Source: Bdellovibrionales bacterium (lineage in GTDB: Bacteria > Bdellovibrionota > Bdellovibrionia > Bdellovibrionales > UBA1609). Taken from it: a stretch of DNA of 64,000 bases. The stretch covers positions 1,099,150 to 1,163,149 of the forward strand of contig OZ241325.1 in assembly GCA_965200025.1 (NCBI GenBank). The letters are read 5' to 3'. The position numbers and the translations under genes are program-made. Below are positions 1-9,440 of this stretch, one piece after another; positions within the stretch are counted from its first letter, which is position 1, and each line of letters begins with the position of its first letter. The notes under the pieces are model-generated. The model did not search any database. It saw only the letters and a program-made list of their open reading frames with translations, and had not been told where the DNA came from.

Positions 1-1147
1 ACCCCCCTGGCACACCAGCCACTCCAATGGAAGTCACCATCACCAAAACCACCAAAGTAATATGCTGCATCAGCGACAGCTCCACCCCAAACACCTGTGC
101 GATAAAAAGAGCAGCCATCACCTCAAAAAGAGCTGTGCCGTCCATGTTAATGGTGACACCCAGGGGGATACTGAAAGTGGTAATGCTGTCGGGGACATGG
201 AATTCTTTTTCCAGAGTGCGAATGGTCACCGGCATGGTGGCGGCAGAAGAGCTGGTACCAAAAGCTGTCATAAAAATGGTGCTGGCTTTTTTATAAAATT
301 TCAGAGGGGATATTTTGAGAATAACCTTTAAAATAAAGCCATAAACAACAAGAAACTGAAGAAGCAGGGCCCCTATCACAGTCAATACAAACCAGATCAG
401 GTTTTTAACCACAATATCAATGCCAAAGCTGGCCACTGTATTGATCATCAGGGCCCCTATGGCGTAAGGGGCTATTTTCATCACCCAGCCCACAATTTTT
501 ATGGAAGCCTCAGACAGGACAGAAAAAAAGTCCACAAAAGTCTCGCGGGCCCGGCCCGGCCTCATCCCCAAAAGACTGATTCCAAACAACAGGGACACAA
601 AAATAATGGCCAGCATGTTTTGCTCACTGTAATCCCTTAAAATATTTTTGGGGATAATTTTATTGATAATGTCCGGCCAAAGGGATTTGCCCACCCAGGA
701 GCTTTTTTCCTTTAAAGATTCCACCTGACCACTGGAGGCCTCCATGGCCCTTTCCGCCAGCTCCTGAGGGATACCCCCCCCTGGCTCCAGGGTGTTGATT
801 AAGGTCTGCCCTATAAGAGTGGCACACAAGGTGGTGGAAAGATAAAACAGAACCACCTTCCAGCCCAGCTTTCTCAACAAAGCCCCGGTCCCCAAATTTA
901 CAATCCCCACCAGTAAAGAACCTGCCACCAAAGGCACAATCACCATAAACAAAAGACGCAGGAACACAGTCCCCATGGGCTGCACAAAATGAACCAAAAA
1001 CCACTGCAGATTTTCATGCTGATTGGTGTGGCTGGCATAAACATTGAAAAGCCAGCCGATGAGGGCCCCCACCACCAAACCAATAAAGATACCCCAACCG
1101 GAAAGATGCCTGTTAGGGGAAGAATGGGAATTTTCGCTCATGACCAT
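1..1147 (-). CDS. Dicarboxylate/amino acid:cation (DAACS) symporter, runs off the window edge
   Basis: Manual translation from ATG 1147 (or 1141) gives FLRLLFMVIVPL, AFGTSSSAATMP, PLGVTINMDGTAL and SIGVAGVPGG, the GltP/DctA-family motifs. Missing from the ORF track because there is no stop in the window. Confidence 0.93.
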   Translation of the reverse strand, partial: MVMSENSHSSPNRHLSGWGIFIGLVVGALIGWLFNVYASHTNQHENLQWFLVHFVQPMGTVFLRLLFMVIVPLVAGSLLVGIVNLGTGALLRKLGWKVVLFYLSTTLCATLIGQTLINTLEPGGGIPQELAERAMEASSGQVESLKEKSSWVGKSLWPDIINKIIPKNILRDYSEQNMLAIIFVSLLFGISLLGMRPGRARETFVDFFSVLSEASIKIVGWVMKIAPYAIGALMINTVASFGIDIVVKNLIWFVLTVIGALLLQFLVVYGFILKVILKISPLKFYKKASTIFMTAFGTSSSAATMPVTIRTLEKEFHVPDSITTFSIPLGVTINMDGTALFEVMAALFIAQVFGVELSLMQHITLVVLVMVTSIGVAGVPGG

Positions 1148-1292
1148 AAAAGATTTACAAAATTCAGACCCCAAATCAACTGTTTTGAAAGAAACTGGAC
1201 CTTATTTCAGATCAAACCTTGACAAAAAACCCCTGTTTGTGGTTTTAATATATTTAACACTCTGTTACATACCCTTTTAAAGGAGGTTTTTT

Positions 1293-1754
1293 GTGAGTTC
1301 AATACCAAACCCTGGTCTTTCCCCTAAAATCAACGAGCAAAAAGCCCCCCTTCCACCACCCCCTCAGTTTAACTCGGTGATGGAAGATGCTGATATTGTT
1401 CAGCTGAACAATATCAAAAACATACTGGATGTGGAAGAATCGCAATATCCCCGTTTTGTGCTGGCCAAAAACAAAGCCCGCTTTCGAAAAAAACTGGTAT
1501 GGTACAAAGCAAAAAAAGACTGGCTGGATGTGGCACCCCAGCACAAAGTCAACAAGCTCTTTAAGCAGCAATCCAAAGAGCTGGAGATCATCCGTGCCAA
1601 CAAGCTGGACTATGAGATGGAATTGGAAACCTGTGCTTTAACCCCCTCCCAGAAAATCCACAGGAAGGATGAGCTTAAAATGTGCCGTGTGCATGAGAAA
1701 ATGGCTGTTCAGCTCATCACCAAAATTCAGCTGAAATTTAAAATGTCCCGATAA
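1293..1754 (+). CDS. Hypothetical helical protein
   Basis: 153-aa ORF. AGGAGG at 1281-1286 precedes the GTG, and TTGACA lies at 1219-1224. Confidence 0.7.
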   Translation: MSSIPNPGLSPKINEQKAPLPPPPQFNSVMEDADIVQLNNIKNILDVEESQYPRFVLAKNKARFRKKLVWYKAKKDWLDVAPQHKVNKLFKQQSKELEIIRANKLDYEMELETCALTPSQKIHRKDELKMCRVHEKMAVQLITKIQLKFKMSR

Positions 1755-1860
1755 ATCGCAAAAAAACTATAGTGATAAAGCAAAACACCCACAAGAGAGC
1801 TTTATAGAGGTTTGCTGTTTTGTGTTTTCAATGGCTGTGGCCTTCCTCTCATTAGAAAAC

Positions 1861-3144
1861 TTAAGCTTTTTTCTTAAAACCAGGAAGCTCTTTTTTTAGG
1901 ACGGGGATGAGGGTTTCTTTTGATATGGTTTTTTGTTCCTGTGTGTCCATGTTTTTAATGGCCAGTGTGTTGTTTTTTAACTCCTCTGGTCCAAAAATAA
2001 TGGCATAAAGGGAGCGAAGCTGGCTGGCTTTTTTCATCTTCTTCCCCAAACCGGCCGGCCGGGGGTGAAAGACGCAAAAGCCTGCCTGCCTCAGCTGCCA
2101 GGCCAGTTTTAAAGCCTCCCGTTCTGCCTCCTCGCCCAAAGGAACAAGGGTAATGGGTCTTGGTTTTTTATAGGGATTTTGAATCAGGAAACAAAGCCGC
2201 TCCACACCACAGGCCCAGCCCAGCCCGGGGGTTCTTTCCCCCCCTCCGGCAATGGTTTCCACCAGGGTGTCATAGCGACCCCCGGCCAAAACGGTGTTTT
2301 GACTTCCCAAGACCCCCTCCTCAGAACACTGAAACTCAAACACACAGTGGCTGTAGTAATCCAAACCCCGTACCAGAAGAGGATTGATTTGAAAGCTGAT
2401 ACCCAAATCCTGCAAAGTGGTTAACACATGCTGAAAAAAAGTTTTTGACCGCGGGTTTAAGAAATCACTGATTAAAGGGGCTTTTTTAAGAAGTTTTTTG
2501 TCTTCCGCCTCTTTGGAATCCAAAATACGAAGAGGGTTGGTGTTTAAGCGTTCCTGGCTGGTCTCGCTCAGCTGTTTTTTTAAAGGCTTAAGGTAGTTCA
2601 GAAAAGCTTTTAAGTAGTTTTCCCTGCTTTCCTTATCCCCAATGCTGTTGATTTGTAAAGTCAGGCGGCCCTCCTCCACACCAGCTTTTTTAAGAAACAA
2701 AGAGGCCAGGGACAAACACTCCCCTTCTCCGCGGAAGGATTCTTCCCCTAAAAGCTCCACCCCCACAGTATGAAACTGCCTGAGCCTTCCCTTCTGCGGA
2801 CGCTCGTACCGAAACATAGGTCCCTGGTACATAAAACGCAAAGGCAGTCCGTGTTTTTTGTTTTCCACCAAAAAGTGACGGGCAATACCGGCTGTGCCTT
2901 CCGGTCTTAAAGTCAGGCTTTCTTTTCCACGGCTTTCAAAGGTAAACATTTCCTTCTGAACCAAATCCGTATGCAGACCCAGGGGCCGGGCAAAAACCTC
3001 TGTATATTCCAAAAGAGGGGTGGATATTTCCTCATAACCAAAAAGAGAGGCCTGCTCCCTTAAGCAATTTGTAATGTAAAGGTGTTTTTGCTGCTCCTCA
3101 CCGGCAAGGTCTTCCATCCCTCTGGGTTTTTTGACTTCAGACAT
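1861..3144 (-). CDS. hisS: Histidine--tRNA ligase
   Basis: LRPEGTA, FRYERPQKGRLRQF, LVRGLDYY and GGRYD motifs. Confidence 0.97.
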   Translation of the reverse strand: MSEVKKPRGMEDLAGEEQQKHLYITNCLREQASLFGYEEISTPLLEYTEVFARPLGLHTDLVQKEMFTFESRGKESLTLRPEGTAGIARHFLVENKKHGLPLRFMYQGPMFRYERPQKGRLRQFHTVGVELLGEESFRGEGECLSLASLFLKKAGVEEGRLTLQINSIGDKESRENYLKAFLNYLKPLKKQLSETSQERLNTNPLRILDSKEAEDKKLLKKAPLISDFLNPRSKTFFQHVLTTLQDLGISFQINPLLVRGLDYYSHCVFEFQCSEEGVLGSQNTVLAGGRYDTLVETIAGGGERTPGLGWACGVERLCFLIQNPYKKPRPITLVPLGEEAEREALKLAWQLRQAGFCVFHPRPAGLGKKMKKASQLRSLYAIIFGPEELKNNTLAIKNMDTQEQKTISKETLIPVLKKELPGFKKKA

Positions 3145-3186
3145 TGTGTTTAACTTCAGACATTGTGTTTAACTTCAGACATTGTG
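3134..3186. repeat. 19-bp tandem repeat (about 2.8 copies) spanning the hisS start codon
   Basis: ACTTCAGACATTGTGTTTA at 3134-3152 and 3153-3171, with a partial copy at 3172-3186. Confidence 0.95.
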
Positions 3187-3204
3187 AAAGACTCTCAACA
3201 TCAC

Positions 3205-3810
3205 TTATGTGTTCGAAAACCGGAAAGGGGAATCAAGGTTTTTTTCCACAAACTCCCAGTGGACAATCTCCCAGAAGGCTTTTAGGTACTCTGGTCTTTT
3301 GTTTCTGTAATCAATGTAATAGGCATGCTCCCACACATCACAGGTCAAAAGGGGTCTGTCTTCAGAAGTTAAGGGAGTGTCTGCATTGGCAGTGGAACAG
3401 ATTTTTAATTTGCCCTCAGGGGTTTTCACCAGCCAGGCCCAGCCCGATCCAAACTGCCCCAAAGCCACTTGGGTAAATTGTTTTTTAAACTCCTCCACAG
3501 AACCAAAATGCTTTTCCAAAAGAGAGCTTAAGTGGGAAGAGGGGGCAAGCCCATGTTTTTCAGACAAACTGTTCCAGTAAAAAGTGTGATTAAACACCTG
3601 TGCGGCATTGTTAAACAGGGGGCCTTTGGACTCTCTGATAATGTCCTCCAAAGAGGCTTTTTGAAGATCAGATCTGGCCTCCAGCAGGGCGTTGAGTTTG
3701 TCCACATAAGTTTTATGGTGTTTTCCGTAGTGAAAATCCAGAGTCTCCTCTGAAATGTGGGGGGACAAAGCTTTTTTGGAATAAGGCAGATCTGGCAAAC
3801 GAACAGACAT
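3205..3810 (-). CDS. sodB: Superoxide dismutase [Fe]
   Basis: HYGKHH, FNNAAQVFNHTFYW (AAQ is the Fe-type signature) and DVWEHAYY. Confidence 0.93.
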   Translation of the reverse strand: MSVRLPDLPYSKKALSPHISEETLDFHYGKHHKTYVDKLNALLEARSDLQKASLEDIIRESKGPLFNNAAQVFNHTFYWNSLSEKHGLAPSSHLSSLLEKHFGSVEEFKKQFTQVALGQFGSGWAWLVKTPEGKLKICSTANADTPLTSEDRPLLTCDVWEHAYYIDYRNKRPEYLKAFWEIVHWEFVEKNLDSPFRFSNT

Positions 3811-4019
3811 TAAAATCTCCTCTTTATTTATTTACAGGAACCACGCATTACCGACAAAATTGGTGAAAGTCTCAATATTTTACGAAAACCACCATATCCC
3901 TTTACGGGAACCAGTAACAATAAAACACCACAATGGTTTGGCTGTCAAGATTTTATGAAAAATAAAATTGGAGCTACAGGCTTTGCTGCCATGACCAGAC
4001 AAAAACCTGTTTATAAGGC

Positions 4020-4096
4020 TGGGGCGATCGACGGGACTTGAACCCGCGACAGCCAGATCCACAATCTGGAGCTCTACCGGCTGAGCTACGACCGCC
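4020..4096 (-). tRNA. tRNA-His(GTG)
   Basis: Cloverleaf with anticodon arm CCAGA-TTGTGGA-TCTGG, GGTTCAAGTCC T-arm, encoded G-1:C73 and CCA. Confidence 0.97.
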
Positions 4097-4227
4097 ATTG
4101 TTTTCCCCTTACTTTACGCTATAAAGCAGTAAAAAACAACTCTTAAGCCCTTATTGTGGGGCAGAACTGCTTGTTTTTCACCAGCAGTCCTGATACAAAA
4201 TTTTTGACTGCTGCTCCTCTTAAAGTT

Positions 4228-4304
4228 CGGACCGTGGCGCAGCCCGGTAGCGCGCCACCTTGGGGTGGTGGAGGTCGCTGGTTCAAATCCAGTCGGTCCG
4301 ACCA
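4228..4304 (+). tRNA. tRNA-Pro(GGG)
   Basis: CGGACCG acceptor stem, CCACC-TTGGGGT-GGTGG anticodon arm, GGTTCAAATCC and encoded CCA. Confidence 0.97.
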
Positions 4305-4653
4305 TTTCTCAAAAGTGGGGCTTTTCAGAGGTTTCAGCGGCTTGCTCTATAAAATCCTGCACACCGGTTGAAGACTGAAAGACAAACAATAAAAACAACA
4401 TGGCATGGTTTTCTGTGTTTTGATGCATTCTGTCATTACCGCCGGGTTTTATTCTTAAGGTCTTTTAATGACAGGAAAGAAAACACTGTACCTGTTGGCT
4501 GTCTAAAAATGATAAAAATAACCCTCTTTAAAATATCCTAAACCATGTTAAAGTACCCCTCTCCCCCTTTTTAAAATAAAGATCCTGAATCATGATTAAA
4601 CCCATTTAAGTCACCAAAGAGTTTATCTTTATTCTTGTCCATTCTGTTAAACT

Positions 4654-5673
4654 ATGTTTTTCTGTAAGAAAACCTTTCCCTTAACTCCCTATAAGGTTAA
4701 AAAATCAACTATGTTGCAACAAGAGTTCTTCGATTACAAACAGCATTTTCTCAATTTAGAGGATAGAAAACGGCATTTTTTACACTGTTTGTCCAGCCCG
4801 GGAAAAAACAAATACAAAAGATACATAGGCACACCCTTGCGTTATGCCGGGGGCAAAAGTCTGGCTGTAGGCTTGATTACAGAGCTAATACCTGAAAATG
4901 TGAAAAAGATTGTGTCCCCATTTATTGGCGGAGGTTCTGTCGAAACAGCCTGTTCCAATGAATTACAAATTCCGGTGATTTCGTATGATATATTTGATAT
5001 TCTCGTAAATTATTGGCAAATCCAGTTAAAAGAACCAGCGGCCCTTTACCTCAGATTAAAAAAATTCAAACCCAACAGGGAAGAATTTAAACGGGTAAAA
5101 AATCGTTTAAAAACACACTGGTCTAAAAATAACAAACTGGGAAAAAGAGATTTGGCAGCGTATTATTATTTCAACCACAATACCTCTTACGGCCCTCATT
5201 TCCTGGGCTGGCCATCGGATGTTTATCTTCAAAGGCGAAGATATGACATTATGATAGAAAAAGTAAAAAATTTTCGTGCACCTTTAATGAGTGTTAACTG
5301 CCTTCCTTTTGAGCAATCCATTCCATTACACAAAAAAGATTTTCTTTACTGTGATCCCCCCTATTATTTGGGGGATGACAGCAAGACTTTTGTTGGCATG
5401 TACCCGCACCGTAATTTTCCCATTCATCATAAAGGTTTTAAGCATGCATTACTGAGAGATTATTTATTGTCTCATCGTGGAGGGTTTATATTATCATATA
5501 ACGATTGCCCCACCATTAGAAAATGGTACTCCTCCTGTAATATGATAACACCCAGCTGGCAATACACTTTTGGGCAGGGGGATACCCGTATCGGTCTGAA
5601 CAGAGCAAAACTCAACGGTGGCAGTCATATTAAAAAATCCCATGAGTTGATCATCTGGAAACCGCCCCGATGA
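4654..5673 (+). CDS. Dam-like N6-adenine DNA methyltransferase with no adjacent type II REase (start may be ATG 4711)
   Basis: PLRYAGGKS, SPFIGGGSV, CDPPY and ILSYND motifs. Confidence 0.9.
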   Translation: MFFCKKTFPLTPYKVKKSTMLQQEFFDYKQHFLNLEDRKRHFLHCLSSPGKNKYKRYIGTPLRYAGGKSLAVGLITELIPENVKKIVSPFIGGGSVETACSNELQIPVISYDIFDILVNYWQIQLKEPAALYLRLKKFKPNREEFKRVKNRLKTHWSKNNKLGKRDLAAYYYFNHNTSYGPHFLGWPSDVYLQRRRYDIMIEKVKNFRAPLMSVNCLPFEQSIPLHKKDFLYCDPPYYLGDDSKTFVGMYPHRNFPIHHKGFKHALLRDYLLSHRGGFILSYNDCPTIRKWYSSCNMITPSWQYTFGQGDTRIGLNRAKLNGGSHIKKSHELIIWKPPR

Positions 5674-5762
5674 AACCAAAGAAAACAAGAGCCTCCACTC
5701 CAACCGCCGCCAGAAAATACAACCTCTTTTAAAGTATCTTAAATCTATTTCTATCTTTTTTG

Positions 5763-6803
5763 TTATGACTCATGTTTTATCTCTGAGAAATCCTCAGTCA
5801 TATTTAAAATTCTTTTTGCTCTATCTAAAATATGATCATAGGTCATAATTGTTAAATTATGATAGCAGGAGTTCAATATTCTATACGCCCTGTGGTGTTC
5901 GTCTCGCCAATCATGTGATTTTCCACAAATCAAAGTGCAGCGGGGTTTTATAATCTTGATCCCTTGTGTGCGTTCTTGAAATTTGTCACTATTCATTTCT
6001 CTCTCCAAATCATAAATATAGATCGTGGCCTGAGTTATAGCTTTTATTAAATCCATTGAAGGAACAATATTATTGTGATCTGTGGTATTTGTCCAAAATG
6101 ACATGTCCGGTTTTTTTATTTCTATAATATCTAAAAACCCATCATACGCCTTCGCCAAATAATCGGGAATATTTTTTATATCTATTTTTCTTTCATCTAA
6201 AATTTTTGCAAATTCATTACCTAAAATCCAGCTATTGCCTTTAAACCATTTTTGCCATTTATATTCACTGTGATTTTGTGTAAGTTTTTCTTCGAATTGA
6301 GTAATAGCTCTTTGTTTATTTTTTGTTTGCAAACCCAACAGCAAAGCTTCAGAAAGATTGTTACTATCATCAAATTTTTCCAAAGCTTGAATGATTGAAT
6401 CTGTATTTTGTAAAATCACTAATTGTTGAATAACAGAAGGGATACTTTCATCTGTAATACGGAAATATGATTCTCCCCAAGGAATACCATGTTTTTTATA
6501 AAATTCTTTTAATAATGGCAATTTATCAAGTAATTTTTTAATTTCAGCTGACTTCAATTCCAGTTTAACCCACTCTCCACCTTTTAACTTACTTAATAGA
6601 AGGCTATTACAATCCTCCCAGTTTTCTGATGGTTTTTTCTTTTGAAAAATAAATTGACCTCTTACAGAAGCTTCAGGGTCACTTTGGTTTTTTATAATGC
6701 TTGGTTTAAAAATCAACCGAGTTGTTTTTGTGACTCGAAGTGTTATATCACTAACTTCTGCAGAAGAAAGTGAAGTGGATTTTATTTGTATTGATTCTTC
6801 CAT
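5763..6803 (-). CDS. sduA: Shedu anti-phage nuclease (DUF4263 family)
   Basis: C-terminal E..WQKWF..N.WILG, IPDYL, IIEIKKP, AITQA..Y and TYDHILDRA motifs typical of DUF4263. Confidence 0.8.
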   Translation of the reverse strand: MEESIQIKSTSLSSAEVSDITLRVTKTTRLIFKPSIIKNQSDPEASVRGQFIFQKKKPSENWEDCNSLLLSKLKGGEWVKLELKSAEIKKLLDKLPLLKEFYKKHGIPWGESYFRITDESIPSVIQQLVILQNTDSIIQALEKFDDSNNLSEALLLGLQTKNKQRAITQFEEKLTQNHSEYKWQKWFKGNSWILGNEFAKILDERKIDIKNIPDYLAKAYDGFLDIIEIKKPDMSFWTNTTDHNNIVPSMDLIKAITQATIYIYDLEREMNSDKFQERTQGIKIIKPRCTLICGKSHDWRDEHHRAYRILNSCYHNLTIMTYDHILDRAKRILNMTEDFSEIKHES

Positions 6804-6831
6804 AGGATTTTATTTCTCTTTTTTTACCTTC

Positions 6832-9420
6832 TTATCCTGTTTTGAAGATGCTGTTTAAGTCCTGCTTCCATTCATCTTCCAGTATAAGATCAAAAGTCAT
6901 TTTTTGATCCTGAATTTCAATAGTGCCAGCATCCATGGATTTTTTGGAGTATTCACTAAATAAATCAAACAACTTCTGTTTATAACAGGTATCAGGGTTT
7001 CCCAAAAGGTGCTGGCCCTTTGTCTCCAAAACAGAAAAAGAGGCATTTCCATTTTTAGAGGCTTTGAGGCAAACCAGAAAATCAGGATAAATTCTGTTTT
7101 TCTGCCAACCCTGCAAATGCCAGTCATGCCTTTCTATAATTCTGTGCCACCATTTTATCACTGAATCTTTATCATCCAAATACCAGGCAATGCTTTTCTC
7201 CAAATTGTTAAACTTAAGCTCTTCTTCATAAAGATCTTCAAATAAGGAAAACTGCAAATCTTTATTATTTCTCTTTCTTAAAATCCTGCTGTCTTCAGAT
7301 ACAGACAAGTTTAAAGTTTCAGCCATTTCCCAGTTGAGTTTAGGGTCGCCGGCACTTACCAGTTTAAATAAAATTTCATTGTTTTTTAATTTTCTTCTAA
7401 AAATATTTTCTGTTTTGCAGCTGATTTGTTTTTGAAAATCATTCCTCATACAGTCCAGGATAAAAAACTTATTTGAATAAACTTTTTCTTTCCCATATTT
7501 TTTTTTTAGAGAAGATAAAATTTTATTCACAATAACATAAGCATTCCAGGAATTGGGAATCACATCAGAAAGCCTTTGGCACATAAACCCCACATCCAAA
7601 GGAGTGTTTTCGGCAATATTTTTTGATCTGCCCTGATAAGAGGAAACAAGCCCCAGCTGCTCTTTAATATCCAATTGTGTGTGTGACATATCCAGTGTTT
7701 TGTTATCCAAATCAGGACTGTAGCTCATTTTTAACTGAGACCAGTCAATACAGGAAAGCAAATCCCTGAAATAACTTAACTCTCTGAGTTGTTTTCCCGA
7801 CCTGTGTAAAACTTTTGGTAAAAAGATTTTAACACCTCTAAAAGGTTTTCTTCTTTTGACTTGAATATTTTTTATTGTTTTATTTTTGTCTGCCAAAGTT
7901 TTTATATCCCCGGCAAGACCATCCATACCTTCGTTTTGAAGACCTTTCTTAACACCCTCCACAGCCTCTCTGACATCGGAATCCATACACACAATATAGC
8001 ACTGATTCAGTGATTCTATACCCGTTCTTTGTGTATGAGGTTGTCTTAAAACTCTGCCAATCATTTGCTCAATAGCTACAGGGGCTTTGGTTTTGGACAG
8101 AATGGTTAAAACATACGCAAAAGGGCAATCCCAGCCTTCTTTAAGAGCCTCTTTGGTAATAATGTACTTGACCTGAGAGTATTCAGACAACAAATCTTCA
8201 TTCCCCAGTTCATCTCTGGAGGCGGATTTTACTCTAATTTCTTCAGAAGAGATGCCAAAGTTTTTTATTAAATACTCCCTGACATCCTCAGAGTGAATAA
8301 ATTTCCTGTCTCTTTGATCTTTTCCTGTTCTCTCCACCCGCACCAGCATAATGGGACGAACATGGCGTTTTTCTCTTCGCTTGAGTTTTACTGTGTCTTG
8401 TGTTAATTTTTCCAAAACTTCACAGCCTTTGGATAAAGCTTTTTTCCAGTCTTTGCTGTTCAGGTTAAAAATATTAATGGGTAGTTTAATCATTTCCTCT
8501 TTTTTCAGCTCTCCCCCTGAAACAGAAACCAGCACATTACTATGATGTTCTTTCTTATTGGGTGTGGCCGACAGCTCTAAAATAAAACAGGGGTTAAAAT
8601 CCATTAAAGTGTTTTTTGCTTTTTCTGTATAAGCTCTGTGACCTTCGTCAATAACAATTATGGGCTGAACCAGTTTTAAAACATTACCCAAGCTGTGCTT
8701 TATATAACTCTTATGGTTTTTGTAAGTGTCCAGGTTGCAACATATTTTGAGAAGTTTTTGGTTTTTATGACGGTTTTCAGCAGATGGAAAAAAATAGGGG
8801 AATTTTCCGGAATTTTTAAACATTCGCAAAGTTTCTTTGGATTCACGACCAGCCGATTGAAGCATCAACAACATAACACACAAGTAATTTTCCACATCCT
8901 GCGGGGTAAAACTGCTTGTTTTTTGCAAAATTTTAACTTTACCACAACTGGCCCGGTCCAAAATTTGTCTGTAAAGGCTCTCTCTGTCAGACAAAGCTTT
9001 TAAGGTTTGTTTATAAATGGCATCACTGGGGACCACCCACAAAACAAACCCTGTGTTTTTTTCAAAAAAATCGGTGTTGATTCTCTCTGTTCCAGCGGCT
9101 CCCAGTAAAGTTTTACCCCCACCTGTGGGAACTTTAAGACAAATATTGGGAACAGGGTGCTTCAAACCACTGATGCGGTTTTTATAGGGAGCTGTGCTTT
9201 CCCCATGTTTGGTGGATATGAGAGGGAGAAGCTTTTGTTTATTAAGAGTGTTCCATACTTTTTCACAAAAATTAAAATCTTCAGAATCCCACTCTATAGG
9301 GCGTTTGTTTTTTTTCTTAACCTCAGCCAGGTCCAAAGTGTCCTGTTTTTTCTCTTTAAGTGTATTGAGATAAACAGACAGTCTGTCCAAAACACCTTCC
9401 TGATAGTCCTTTAATTCCAA
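6832..9420 (-). CDS. res: Type III restriction enzyme Res subunit (SF2 helicase-nuclease)
   Basis: LKDYQ, VPTGGGKT, IDEGH, SATP, LKEGWDCP, QMIGRVLR and PDF..ETKG. The likely start is TTG 9420 after AGGAGAG. Confidence 0.9.
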   Translation of the reverse strand: MELKDYQEGVLDRLSVYLNTLKEKKQDTLDLAEVKKKNKRPIEWDSEDFNFCEKVWNTLNKQKLLPLISTKHGESTAPYKNRISGLKHPVPNICLKVPTGGGKTLLGAAGTERINTDFFEKNTGFVLWVVPSDAIYKQTLKALSDRESLYRQILDRASCGKVKILQKTSSFTPQDVENYLCVMLLMLQSAGRESKETLRMFKNSGKFPYFFPSAENRHKNQKLLKICCNLDTYKNHKSYIKHSLGNVLKLVQPIIVIDEGHRAYTEKAKNTLMDFNPCFILELSATPNKKEHHSNVLVSVSGGELKKEEMIKLPINIFNLNSKDWKKALSKGCEVLEKLTQDTVKLKRREKRHVRPIMLVRVERTGKDQRDRKFIHSEDVREYLIKNFGISSEEIRVKSASRDELGNEDLLSEYSQVKYIITKEALKEGWDCPFAYVLTILSKTKAPVAIEQMIGRVLRQPHTQRTGIESLNQCYIVCMDSDVREAVEGVKKGLQNEGMDGLAGDIKTLADKNKTIKNIQVKRRKPFRGVKIFLPKVLHRSGKQLRELSYFRDLLSCIDWSQLKMSYSPDLDNKTLDMSHTQLDIKEQLGLVSSYQGRSKNIAENTPLDVGFMCQRLSDVIPNSWNAYVIVNKILSSLKKKYGKEKVYSNKFFILDCMRNDFQKQISCKTENIFRRKLKNNEILFKLVSAGDPKLNWEMAETLNLSVSEDSRILRKRNNKDLQFSLFEDLYEEELKFNNLEKSIAWYLDDKDSVIKWWHRIIERHDWHLQGWQKNRIYPDFLVCLKASKNGNASFSVLETKGQHLLGNPDTCYKQKLFDLFSEYSKKSMDAGTIEIQDQKMTFDLILEDEWKQDLNSIFKTG

Positions 9421-9440
9421 TTTCTCTCTCCTGTTGTGTA

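Noticed and set aside
27-1280. Several short ORFs listed in the track
   Set aside because: They are shadows of the DAACS symporter frame, which runs off the window edge.
3134-3186. Possible mini-CRISPR
   Set aside because: The units are contiguous with no spacers, and there are no cas genes in the window.
3880-4371. ORFs 3880-4098, 4114-4305 and 4156-4371
   Set aside because: They are translations of the tRNA-His and tRNA-Pro genes.
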